From positions 22,258,001 through 22,322,000 of the forward strand of contig NW_027361784.1 of assembly GCF_039654945.1 (NCBI RefSeq): DNA of 64,000 bases, written 5' to 3'. The notes under the pieces are model-generated. The model did not search any database. It was given only the letters and a program-made list of their open reading frames with translations, and had not been told where the DNA came from. A program made the translations under genes and the position numbers. The DNA is from Dendrobates tinctorius (Eukaryota). Positions 49,700-61,550 of this stretch are shown one piece after another. Numbering within the stretch: the stretch's first letter is position 1; each line of letters starts with the position of its first letter.

Positions 49700-50570
49700 A
49701 CTTGTAAGTGCCACCTAGTAGAGCTACATACCCTTTAAGCCAATTTCTAGCCATTTGACAAGCTTTGCAACCTGACCAGAGATATTAGCCAAGCCAAGAA
49801 CTCATCTACAGACATCTGTTTCATGTTGGTTGCCCCTCATCAGTGCAGAGCAGCTTTTAGCTGACTGATTGAGACACCATTTTTAACAGCTGATAGCCAA
49901 TTCAGACCATCATCCACAGACACCTGTTTGGGGGAACTTACCTCTCATCCGTGAAGAGCAGAATTTGTCTGTCTGAGTGGCAATGCTCAATGGAATAAAA
50001 GTATCCAAAATGAAAAAAAATAAAACCTTGTATATGACACATAGTGAAGGTAGCTACTCAAAAAAACAATGTCCAATCCTTTAAAAAACCTTTAGAACAT
50101 GACAAGGGATAGTTAATAGCAAAAGGAAGACATCCATCTGCAGACAGCTGTTTGGAGGTTCTTGCCCCTCATCAGTGTAGAGCAAAATATGGCTGTCTGA
50201 ATGAGATAAAATTTAGAAAAAAAAGGAAGTAGAGAAAGCCTTTTAAGTGACACAAAGTAGAAGTAACTACCCCATAAATCAATGCCTGTACCATTAAGAA
50301 TACTTAGAACATGACCAAGGATAGGTGATAGCCAAGCCAGAGAGCCAAATACAGATACCTGTTTTGGGGTACATGCCCCACATCAAGGTTTAACTGTTTA
50401 AGTGACAATGCTCTCTGGAATAAATTAATGCAAAAAGAAAGAAAAGTACCACCTTGTAGAGACAGCTACCCTACAAGTCAATGTCCAAGCCCATCCACAA
50501 GCAGCTGTTTCAGTGATTGCTTTTAGCAGTGTAGAGCAGAGATTGGCTAGCTGAGTGAAATGCCAATGAC
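49700..50570 (-). repeat. Tandem array of five decayed hammerhead-containing units (retrozyme-like)
   Basis: Motifs at about 49805-49853, 49913-49961, 50137-50183, 50350-50388 and 50494-50540. By-eye consensus: UCURCA-CUGAUGA-GGGG caa..CCCC-GAAAC AGCU GUC-UGYRGA. Confidence 0.8.
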
Positions 50571-51124
50571 AGAGGTAAAGATTGAAAAAGACATTCTGGC
50601 CACTCAGCTCCCGAATTTCCAGATACTATAGTTAAAGAAACATGCCATGAAGATGTGTCCAAAGATGGCATCAGTGGAGACAGGTGGTCATGAGCAGGGA
50701 TTGGAGTCATAGCTCAGCTCTTCTTCCCCATGGAGCATAGGTTCAGTTTTGGATTTTCGCACTATATCAATCATGTGATTGCACGATTACACCAAATGAC
50801 AAACTCAGACCTATTGTACAGTATACAAGAGATGCTAGGAGCATAATAAGAATACAATAAAGTATTTTAGACATATTCTATATATCAATAATTTTCAATT
50901 TCCACAAGACAAGATGATCTGTTAACCCAGGCCTTAGGTACAGTGCTACATTTAGACTTATAAAGGAAATCTCTCAGCAGGATTTCACCCACCCAAAACT
51001 ATTTATATGTCTTGAAAACACAAGTCCAGACATTTTTAGCAAGACAGGCTATTCCTCCATTACTGATAAATCTGAGTTTGAATTGAAATGCAAATGAGGC
51101 AGAAGTGCTCTTGGTGCTTAGAAG

Positions 51125-52281
51125 TGTGGCACCCCTGAGGGTTCAGTCGCCACAGAGGTACTGCACCTCATCCAGAGGTGTGGTACCCCACTCTCAGGTA
51201 AGGAGGGAGCACCACCCTGGACTCAAACACCTGCACCCAACACACACTATAGCAGCAGGACACCCTGGTCGTACGCTAAGGGAGGATGGTCTCATCCCAG
51301 GCTGGGTAGTAAAGGGTGTTGGGAGCTGGGTGGAGAAGGTAGGAAAAGAGAGAAGAGGAGCTTAGAGAGCAGAACAGTTCAGTGAATGGAAGGGAAGGGA
51401 AGTGGAGAGATGTGTGGTGGGGCAGCTCCCTGTCAGGAGGAGCTGCAGAAAAGAACAGATTGAAGGGAGCTCCAGGAAGGAGAAAGGGTCCTTGGGACAC
51501 GGGTAGTGAGGAGTCCACCCGTGGTGCCCATATCCACGCTGACTGCCGTCTGGTGGAGGGACCAGGTCGCAGTGGGATACCGGTCCCCGAGACTAGTAGA
51601 GAAATCACCAGACTCAGCTAGTAAGCCGGAGGCAGGGGCACCTGTAGGTGCTTCAGCCACAGTTATCTTTGCTGAAAAGGCAGCCTTAAGGGAGCAATGG
51701 GACGCAGTAGGGGCGTTACCTGACAAGGCCCACGGCTGCTGGCTTGGGACACTGACTGTGAGGTGTTGGGCAGGAAGGGCGAAAAGCCAGCACAGTGAGA
51801 CGGCCAGGAGAGGCATATACAGAAAGGAGTCCTGGAAAGGTGCATCCTAATCTACCTGGGAGTTTGCTGGACCCCTCACCTGGAGGACACAGCACCAAGC
51901 GGGCATCTGCGCACCAGAACAGTGAGTAAAGCTTTGGAAAATGCGTCTCATCTGTGTCCTCTGATCATTCCTGCATCACCTGCCCTGCACCATATCTACC
52001 AACATCACCTTTAACATGTACATCCAAACTACCCTGGGCTATAGCTCTACCGGTGGAGAGCTTAACCATCTCTGCTGCGCTGTCACCATCCTAGAGGATC
52101 TGCATAGCAGCGTTGGTTCCCTGACCGAATACCACAGGCGTCACGAACTCTTTATCACAAACTGTAAATATCCCTTTAATTGGACGCCCATGGCCATGGA
52201 CCGGGTCACAGCTGCCGTGACACATCCCCTTTAAATACCAGCCTGGTACCGAGTATCCCCACTGCCATGGCGGGCGATCCA
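51125..52281. mobile_element. Solo LTR (1157 bp) nested in a Kolobok/T2-type MITE, about 375 bp into intron 1
   Basis: TGTGGC...CA termini, TSD GAAG; related to 59011-60229. Confidence 0.8.
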
Positions 52282-52655
52282 GAAGCACTTCCCAAGACTC
52301 TATGAGTCCGACTTCATTCCCCACCCAGCACTGACTTCTCCTGTAGGACTGACAGCTGTGTAGCTTCAAGAAAAGGAGCTGCCAATTAAGCAGGAAGCGG
52401 ATCTGAGCAGGGAATAGAGATTGAGTGACAGAGGCTTGGGAAGAGCTAACGTGCTAAACTCACTTCACCCATAATTTCATATTGCTTCAAAAGCATATTT
52501 CTCAATAACCGATGAACAGACTTTTTAGCTAAAGGTATGACTGGACTTGTCTTCTCAAGAGCTACTTGACCGTATAAATAGTTTGGGTTGTGAAATCAAT
52601 GTAACGGATCACATATACAGTAGGCATCAGTGAAACATAAAAGTCGTTATCTCAC

Positions 52656-52788
52656 CTTTGGGTCCAGGCAGAATTGTGTGCGTTGAACAAGCGTCTGAAG
52701 CTGATCGGTTCTCGGCCTCAGAAGGGCAGATGTCCCCCGGGAGGAAGGCAAGCAATGTAACAGCGCAGAGAGTTACTCGACACAACAT
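52656..52788 (-). CDS. COLEC10: Collectin-10 (CL-L1), first coding exon: signal peptide, N-terminal Cys segment, start of collagen domain
   Basis: ATG at 52788 in CCAACATGT context, with an in-frame upstream TAA and no earlier ATG. Translates MLCRVTLCAVTLLAFLPGDICPSEAENRSASDACSTHTILPGPK|G, then a phase-1 GTGAG donor. CSTHTILPGPKG matches the COLEC10 motif (CATHTISPGPKG) rather than COLEC11 (CSVQILVPGLKG), from recall. Confidence 0.92.
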
Positions 52789-54266
52789 GTTGGAGACACT
52801 TCTGAGTTGTCGACTTTTCGAATGGCTGTTTGTAAGGAAGACAAATAATTAGTATAACCAATTATGGCTGACACATTATCTTCCAGCAGTCTGCTCAATG
52901 TCAGGAGGAATTATCTTCAGCCTGACAGATGTTTATATTCGTTCATCTCTATACATGATGGAGCATTCGATGCTAAGGACGCAAAGACTGGGAAAGTTTA
53001 CTAATCACCACAATCCCAATTTGTAATGGATTGTCTCATTTGTAAGGAGGTATGGAAGTCTTTTTTTTTATTAAAAAAAGGGAATTTGGACATGAAGTAA
53101 TATGTTTTAGCTTTGGGCAGAATTAGAAATATCATTTGTGTTTCGAAGAGACTATAGTTGTTTATTGGAGGCTAACCGAACCCAACATAAAATGTCAAAA
53201 CAACTGCTGTAAACTGTAAGATGTGTGTATAAGACAAGCTCTGCACCGCATGTTTGGTGATAACTTCTATATGGGTGTGGGTCCGATCACTGGGACCCCA
53301 TTGATCATCCGAACAGCCGATGCTCAATTCAATTTCCATTGAACTGGAGTTGTACTAAGCTTTCCACCATAGGGAATGAATAGAGCATTGGTCGAGCACG
53401 TGCAAAAACCTAAGCAGTACAGTCCTCCTGAGCGGCTGGTGAGCGATCGCTGCAGTCAATGTCTTCAGCAGTCACTGTACTACTGACATTTTGGCTCCCA
53501 TTGGTGGGAGTAACTAGCTTACAAGTATGTAAATTCGTAAAAGTTGGGTGCGGTTCATGGAAAAAGAGATGGATCCTGACAATGAAGTTGATAGGAAAGG
53601 TTTCCAGCATCAAAATCTTTAAAATTACCTTTTATTGGAGGAATCCATTAAAATTGATAAAACAGATAACATTTGTACAGAAACACATGGCCAATGGTCA
53701 CACTACCAAAGGGTTCTTAACCACTCCTGCACCACCCACAGACAAAAACATCTGCGTGGTACTTATACTCTGCATTGACATTTTAAAATTTCCTGTATGG
53801 TAAAACATCTGCACATGATAGTGCAGCTGCAAGTATGGGAGCAAACAGTTGGACACAGTCAGACTCCACCTGCAGAGACGGCAACCATGTCCTGACAGGA
53901 TCTGTTTGATGTCACAATCATGTGATCAGTCACATGATGAAGGCGTCATGGTCTGGGGCTTAAGTACTTGGCTTCCAAAGGCCACAGTGTTCAGTGTGTG
54001 CCTGGAGAGGAAGCATTCCAGGAAAGTGTATGCTAAAACCTGAACCATATGTGTTCTGCTAGCCGTGAGTGGGAGGAACCCCGCTCCCAGAAGGACTGTG
54101 TTTTCTGCCACCATTTTGTTTAGTTTTCCTGTTTTGCCCAAAGGGCTGTATTTGCTTTACTACACCTTGGTTTATGCTGCCTATAATAAACCAAAGGAAG
54201 TTCTTAAAGCTGCAGTGTACCCGTGTCTACCTCTGTGTGCAGCTGAGTGAGCCGATCTAACACAGG

Positions 54267-54283
54267 TGGTGGAGAATGCGGGC
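54267..54283 (+). promoter_or_regulatory. Primer-binding site complementary to tRNA-Ala
   Basis: TGGTGGAGAATGCGGGC, 2 nt after the LTR; complement of the vertebrate tRNA-Ala(AGC) 3' end GCCCGCATTCTCCACCA (from recall). Confidence 0.8.
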
Positions 54284-56871
54284 AGCATTCCTAGCGAACA
54301 CGTGACATGGATACAAGCGAGCGTATATGTCAGGCAAGATGGACGACCTGCGAAAACATCTGCTACAAGCACAGCAGCAGCAACGACAACACCAGCAACA
54401 TTTACAGCAGCAACAGATGGCGCAACAAGAGACCATTAAGCAGCAACACCAGCAGTAGATTGAGTTGCTGGCAGAGGCGGTTCGTGGAAGGCCAGCAGCC
54501 CCTACCCCAAGTCCAGGTGAAGTGACAAACATCCGGAAGAGGGTAAGATGAGCTATGCAAAAAATGACGCCGGTTGATGATGTGGATGCATTTTTCACTG
54601 TGTTTGAACGGGTGGTGGAGCATGAGAAGCTACCACCAGAGCAGTGGGCAGAGGTGCTGGCCCCCTATTTGATTGGTGAGCCCCAGAAGTCCTACTATGA
54701 TTTGGCATTACAGGAAGCGCATGAGTATCCCAAGTTAAAAGCTAAAATTTTATCACGTGCAGGAGTGACTATGTCAGTGAGAGAACAAAGGGTTCACCAC
54801 AGGGCATATTATGAGGATATACCGCCTCAATTCCAAATATTTGATCTGCTGCATCTTTTGCAAAAAAGTGGTTACAGCTGGAATCCTACACTCCAGCCCA
54901 AATGGTCGAGAGCTTTGTTATGGACAGATTCGTGCACTCCCTTCCTAGGCTGGTGCAGACTTGGGTTGCTCAGGGGGTGGTATTGGGGTACCCAGTGGGA
55001 ACCTGAGCCCCAAACGAGGGGTAGTAGAGCCACCACTGGGGGGAGTCCTAGACCCCAAGGGGTCACTGAGAGGTTGTCAAAAGCCATGGGTAAAGACTTA
55101 CTTTGCTGGAGTTGTTGCGATCCTGGACATATAGCTGTTGGGAAGGATGGCCGAGATTGCGGTTGCCTTCTGCCATACCTACTGTTCTCCATCAGATAAG
55201 TCCCACAGGCCCCTACGGGGTTCTTGCCGTTCAAGCTCCTATATGGACGGCACCCTCTGGGTCTTCTGGACATTGCAAAGGAGACCTGGTAAGCGGGGAT
55301 AACGTCCCAGATGCAGATGTTTTGAACATGTGACCCAGATGTAGGACAGGATCAGTGATGCCGATTGTGAAGGAGAGTCTCCTCCAAGCACAAGAGACCC
55401 AGGCAAGGGTCTACAGTTGGTCAGCAAGACTGAGACAGTTTAGCCTTGGAGACCGGGTGTTGGTGTTAATCCCCACCATTGAAAGTAAATTCCTGGCTAA
55501 GTGGCAAGGACCATGTTAGATGGTCTTGAAGTTGAGTGATGTCAACTATAAGGTCCACCAACCAGGGAGAAGAGAGCCGTACCAAGTGTACCACATCAAC
55601 CACATCAACCTGCTGAAACCGTGACGATACAGGAATCTGGTAGAATCCTGAAGCCAAGGTTGAGGATGTCACAGTGGCAGAGACATTGTTGCCAGCTCAG
55701 AAACAACAGTGTCATGAGTTGCTTCAGCGGAACGGAGACCTGTTTTCAGAGTTATCAGGATGTATGCAGGTTGTGGAGCATGAAATCCTGACTGAACCGC
55801 ATGTGAGTGTGAACCAAAGGTCATATCGGATTCCTGAAGCTTGCCGTGAGGTGATCTCCAAGGAGGTGCAGAGAATGTTGAGCCTGGGCGTCATCGAGGA
55901 ATCAAAGAGCAGCTGGTCCAGCCTTATTGTCCTGAAGCTGAAACAGGATGTGGAGTGGCGCTTCTGTAACAATTACAGGAAGCTTACTGAGGTGTCCAAG
56001 TTCGACGCGTATCCGATACCCCGGGTTGATGAGCTTATTGAGAGGCTAGAGTCAGCTAGATCCATCACCACCTTAGACCTAACAAAAGGGTACTGGCAAA
56101 TTCTTCTGTCTCCAAGTGCTTTCAGTATACCTGGATGCCGTTCGGACTACAAGGAGCCCCAGCTACCTTCCAGAGGGCTATGAACCGGATACTAGTCCCT
56201 CACAAGTACACTGCCGCTTACTTGGACGACATCATGATCTTCAGCCCGGATTAGGGAAGTCACCTGCAGAAAGTCCAAGTGGTTCTGGATGTACTGAGGA
56301 AGGCAAGGCTTACTATAAACCCAAAGAAGTGCGCCCTCGGGAAAGAACAGGCAAAAACATGGGCTACATCATTGGAAGAGGTGAGATAAAACCACAAATA
56401 GACAAAGTGAAAGCAATCCAAAAGTGGCCGCAGCCGGTCTCCAAAAAGCAGGTCAGGGCGTTTATGGGAATTGTGGGATATTATCGGCGAATTATCCCGA
56501 ATTTCACCATGATAGCCGCACCCCTAACAGATCTTCTCAATGGTCAAATGGTCCTCTGAAGCAGAGATGGCATTCCAGGAGTTGAAGCTCACCCTGTTCA
56601 GACAGCTGGTCTTGGTCGCACCAGATTTCACTAAGGAGTTTGTGCTCCAGATGGACGCCTCTGACTTCAGGGTGGGAGCCATGTTGTCCTAGGAAATATA
56701 TGTGAAGCACAGGCCAGGGAACTTGCATGGGAACACAGAGGCCCTGTCCAGAGTCCCCTGCTTAGTCAGTGAAGGTGCCAAAACCCCCAGCTTTGGGCAG
56801 AGGGGGGAGAATGTGTCAAAGTCACTGGTAACGTCCCGGAGTGGAGATGTGTGTCACTATGCTTAATGGCA

Positions 56872-57273
56872 CATGGAAAAAAAATGGAAAGAGAGGCGCA
56901 ATGAGTGTACCTGTATTAAAATTGGCTTCCCTAACTGAATAAACAGGGTGCTCACCTTAGGGGGTTGTGCCACCCTTGAAAAACCCCGGTGTAAACGTTA
57001 GTGGTGGGTGGGAAACATATCCTCTCACCTCGGGAGGGTACGATACCAAGGATCCTGGAGTTTTTAAGTATCGCCCAGCAACCGCAATTCCTCTCACAAA
57101 CAACTGCCCTCCAAGCTGCTCCTGCCGCTAGTCCTCAAAATCCACCTGAGGAAGACGGCTGTGACCGTGGAAACGCGTTGTGGGTATTGGAGGAAGATTA
57201 AAAGCTGAGTTTTTAACTTTTTATTGGTGTTTGCCTTTCCTTTAGCGCTCCTTTAGACCGCTTTTTTGCAGCA
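56872..57273 (+). mobile_element. 402-bp Penelope-like insertion with a hammerhead-like motif and 17-bp TSD
   Basis: CACTATGCTTAATGGCA at 56855-56871 and 57274-57290; CCAC-CUGAGGA-A-gACGG cuguga CCGUg-GAAAC GC GUU-GUGG at 57142-57183. Confidence 0.75.
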
Positions 57274-57801
57274 CACTATGCTTAATGGCATCAGTGATAT
57301 AAAGAGTATTTTACTCCAGCACACTAAAGTTTTGTGAGGCTTAAACTAAAGTTGCATAAATGGGCTGGTTTTATGTGGACATTCATAGAGCGGGCGGGAG
57401 AATGTCCATCTTATCTCCACCTGCAGAGCCCAGAGCCGGCCACCATGTCCTGACAGGACCTGTGTGATGTCACAATCATGTGATCTGTCACGTGATGGAG
57501 GAGTCACACTCCAGGAAAGTGTTCATGCATGTTTTGTATGCTAAAACCTGAACTGTGTGTGTTCTGCTAGCGGTTAACGGGAGGAACCCTGCTCTCTGAA
57601 GGACTGTATTTTCTGCCACCATTTTGTTTTGTTTTCCTGGCTGTATTTGCTTTACTACACCTAGGTTTATGCTGACTATAATAAAGCAAAATAAGTTGTT
57701 AAAGCTGTATTGCACCCTTCTCTACTTCTGTGTGCAGCTGAGTGAGCCGATCTACCACTATATATATATATACTGTATATACATATATTTATGGATCATA
57801 A

Positions 57802-57970
57802 TTTGCAATGATTAAGGGCAATATCCGAAACTTCGCATCTGCAAATTGAGATTCTGGTTTGGTTTTTATACTAAGTCATATGGCAAGGCTCGTTAAAGAG
57901 GCGATAGTGACTTTTAGGATTGCTACGTCCAACAGATGGCGCTAGAGTTCTAGTCCTCTTTCTCTGCATA
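57802..57970 (+). repeat. Retrozyme-like repeat copy (decayed hammerhead plus CTCF-like motif at 57929-57944)
   Basis: UUUGCA/UGCAAA stem I, core AUGAUUA...GAAAC; CCAACAGATGGCGCTA. Confidence 0.6.
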
Positions 57971-58333
57971 TTTCTTTTATTTTTCCCAGGGAAATTGCCC
58001 GATATCGGCAAAAATAAATAAATAATATAAAAGAGCAAAGTATTAAAATGACATAAAAAATTACTACAAACGTATCAAGAAAAGATGCAAAAATTATTTC
58101 AATTATTTGAATAACAAAACGTGAAAAATATTAAACTGCATGTATGAAAAGCAAAAAATCAAAATGTTCAGGAATTTGGGTAAATGGCCTGGTCTTTAAC
58201 TGGTTAATCATAGGTACAGAAACGCATATCATAGCTTTTATTACGAATCCTTTGAGAGTTTGAAACGTGTTGGACATATGTTGATTTTAATGAAGTTGTC
58301 CAAAAGTTTTTCTATTGCGGATGCTGAAAATAT

Positions 58334-58395
58334 TCGTAGTCAATTGCTGAACGTGTAGATGACCAATATTCTACACGTTCAGCAATTGACTACGA
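58334..58395. repeat. Perfect 26-bp inverted repeat with a 10-nt loop
   Basis: TCGTAGTCAATTGCTGAACGTGTAGA-TGACCAATAT-TCTACACGTTCAGCAATTGACTACGA. Confidence 0.95.
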
Positions 58396-59010
58396 GGATA
58401 AATAGACACTATTGTGACCTTACAGTACAACTTCTTAACTTAAAATTGAATTAGAGTGCGATCTTAATGTATCTGTGATGTGACCGCTGTAATAAATCCT
58501 AAATTAATGACTGGTGACATCACTTTCCAGTGGTCAGTCTTCAAATAAAACCAAATCCCCTGTGCATACTTGTATCTAGAGGTCAGTCCCTCTTTCCTAC
58601 GGAAAGTTTAGATACTTTCATGCTACTTTCCATTATACAGACTCCTATACATAAGTATTTGGTAATTAGGCTGTACCATTCTTAGGCTTCTGAATTTCAC
58701 ACACTGGTGAATGAACACATTAAATACAGAATCTATGACTTGGATGATAAAGACATTTAAGCTTGTGCAATCCTTCCGACAGATCCCACAATTGCTCCTT
58801 TTGTCTGTTGCTTTTGCTGCATTTATTGTCTTGAAAGTACCAACAAGTCCTTTAACTTAGTGACATACAGAATCATTTACAGAGTTTCAGTTGCCATGTT
58901 GCAAATGTTCACGCTAGGCAAGCTATGAAACAATGCCAGAGATGAGAGAAAGAAAGTTCCAGCTCCTATAGTTCTGGCAGAATGCTGATGAAGAGGAAGT
59001 GGATGACAAG

Positions 59011-60229
59011 TGTGGCGCCCCTGAGGGTTCAGTTGCCACAGAGGTGCTGCACCTCCTTCTGAGGTGTGGTACCCCACTATCCAGGTAAGGTGGGGACTCC
59101 TGACCACACTCCAAAACTTACATCCCACACGCACACCAGTAGTGTAGCAGAGCAACCTTTGTGGCTTTCTGCTTGGAACACGAAGAGTGCTGGGAGGTGG
59201 GTGGAGCTTAGACTGCACAAGAGAGTGGGAGAATATTAGGAAAAGATCAGTCTGTGAGAGAAGATCCCCTGAGAAGGATGGAGTGAAGGAAGTGCTGCAG
59301 CAGACTCCTGTGACCTGGAGCTGCTGGCACAGGAAAGAGCCATAGAAAGCCTGATTCTTCAGAAGGAAGATAGTTTAGTACGGAACGTAAGGAGAAGAAG
59401 AGAACTAAGGACTAGGGTCAGAGCAGAGCCCTTCCTCAAGTTTGAAGCGCATGGCCGGGGCCCGGTCCCCGAGGTTGTATGGATACTGATGTTCCTGCAG
59501 CAGAAACCGGAGGAATAGAAGTCGTCACCACTTTATTCCCATCTAAGACTTGGAGGCACAACAGCAACGTGGGTGAGCTGGGACATGATAGCAAGGAGTC
59601 CCCGAAGCAGGCTACAGCTGTCTGCCGTACAAGTAGAGTTCTAACTAACATCAAGAAGGAGGAACTTGAGTTTAATACGCAACTACAAGTACTTCAGATT
59701 AGGCGCTAGTGTGGAGACGTTCAGAGAAGGCACATGTTGGAGGAGTGCTGGAAAGGTGTACTTTACCCTGGCTGGGAGTTGGCTGAGCCCCTGACCTGTA
59801 GGACACGGCGCCGAAGCGGGCATCTGTGCGCACCAGACTGTGAGTAAAGCCTTGGAACTACATGCCCTTGTGTCCTCCTCTTATTCTGGCGCCTTACACC
59901 CAGCTCTGCTACATCTACTTCTTTACACCATCTCCCCACTTGCCAACCTCATCTACTCTGCCCTGGGACTACAGCTCCACCTGTGGGGAGCTTCAACATC
60001 ATTGCTGCACCACACCATCTGTCCCAGAGAAGCAACCCTGCAGCGCTGGTCAAACTGACCAGAAACCACAGGTGGCGTCACGAAGCATCTCAACAACTTT
60101 ATCCCCATCACTCTACCCCTTTTACATTGACCGCCTGAGGCCACGTACCGAGTCACTGCCACTGTGACATCTCCCATTGAAGTCAACGGGCCCGGCACCG
60201 AGTGCCCCACGACCTCTGGGGGCGAGTCA
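59011..60229. mobile_element. Solo LTR (1219 bp)
   Basis: TGTGGCGCCCCTGAGGGTTCAG...GAGTCA, TSD CAAG; same family as 51125-52281. Confidence 0.85.
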
Positions 60230-61454
60230 CAAGCTACTGAGCATTAGAATCCAGGCTGTTCTTGGACAAGTATTTGCTGTTTTAACTAGCTGTGGTAAAC
60301 GACAGATGTAAAATGACGCATTAACATCAGGTTAATAAGTTTGTAATTTATCTTTTGAGTATGGAACATGATTCTTGGACCGACCGAGCATCTTCTGACC
60401 TAAAATCAACAGTTTTATATTCATATATAAGGCTGTAAACTTCAGGTCAGGAAAATTCATGGCAGGTCCAGGCATTGTGGTTCATACACGAAACATGAAA
60501 TACGTTTTTTTTTTCATTGTGAAAGGCAGGTACCCTTTCGGTTACAGTCAAACATCTATTTTTCCCGTCCATGTGCTGACCAAAGAATTTTAAGGAAATC
60601 ATACAAACATCTGCTCATGTATTTTTGAATGGATCCGTGTGTCCATGTCGTCAAACATGGTGCAAGTCGTACTCTCATCAGTATCTGTCCAGATCAGAGT
60701 TGACCATTCAACTCGAAAAATGGCGAAAAATGGAAATAAAATTATACATTGCTGTGTAAATGGAAAAGGGAAAAATTCAAGACATTTTACAGAATAGAAA
60801 AGAATGGATGTACAGTACAAGGAATGGGAAAAAACTGTGTATTTGATGGATGTAAAACTTGGAAACAAATGTGTGAATGCTGCATAAAATAAATGTGATT
60901 TATGATAAACAGCTAAATTTAAAATAGTATGAAAAAAAATTGTGGCCAAAAATATTTTTAGATGCATTTTTTTAAACATCTGTCCAAAGTTTACACCCAT
61001 GACTTGTTTTCATATCCTTCAATGCATTTGATATAAAATATCCTACAATTAGCACATTAGCTCTTCAGTTTGTACGGTATGAACTCCGGCCGCTCAGCAC
61101 AGATCCGGCACATGTTTTTATTTCAGAACACGAATACATTCCTTTGCGGTGGCTGTTTACATTACTTATCTCAGAAATGTTGGGTTTTTTTCCTCTTCTT
61201 GTGAGGCTTAAATTATTCCATAATAATGAATAATCCCAACTACCGGCGGTTTCACAATAAAAAGTAATTAAAACAAATTCTTGCAATAATTTAATGAAAT
61301 ACATTTCCAAGAAACAACACTTTGCTTAATTAATCCCAGATCAGATGGAAACAGAAGCCAAAATTAAAATTAACAAATTACAAACAAATATTTAGAATTG
61401 AGAGTCGTCAGTGGTTGATACCTTTTAATGGCTAACTGAAAAGATTGTAATACA

Positions 61455-61495
61455 TTGCAAGCTTTCGAGACTACTCAGGTCTCTTCATCAGGCAT
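61455..61495 (-). ncRNA. Penelope-type minimal hammerhead ribozyme, core intact, in a short PLE-like remnant (about 61408-61530)
   Basis: AUGC-CUGAUGA-A-GAGAC cugagua GUCUC-GAAA GC UU-GCAAU; followed by ATTAAA. Confidence 0.7.
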
Positions 61496-61550
61496 CTACT
61501 GGCTAACACGGTACAAAGATACATATCTTTCCAGTATCAAATTAAAAACA

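Larger units (their letters stand above)
53850..57758 (+). mobile_element. Decayed Gmr1-like Gypsy retrotransposon (SCAN-like Gag; INT before RT)
   Basis: LTRs about 53850-54264 and 57403-57758. Gag from 54339, integrase tail about 55150-55620, then RT/RNase H about 55700-56700 ([14 protein letters not shown]). PPT 57388-57402. Confidence 0.88.

Noticed and set aside
52656-52788. COLEC11, MBL or a fibrillar collagen as the gene identity
   Set aside because: The N-terminal CSTHTILPGPKG motif and the 72/72/54 collagen exons fit COLEC10 best.
52925-53010. FOXA/HNF1-like liver promoter motifs (TGTTTAT, GTTTACTAATCAC)
   Set aside because: Short or 4-mismatch matches expected by chance; the TSS is unknown.
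58985-59010. CTGATGAAGAGG as a hammerhead
   Set aside because: No stem II or GAAA partner, even across the LTR insertion.
51125-60229. One large LTR element spanning both related LTRs
   Set aside because: Each LTR has its own TSD, and the interval contains the host exon.
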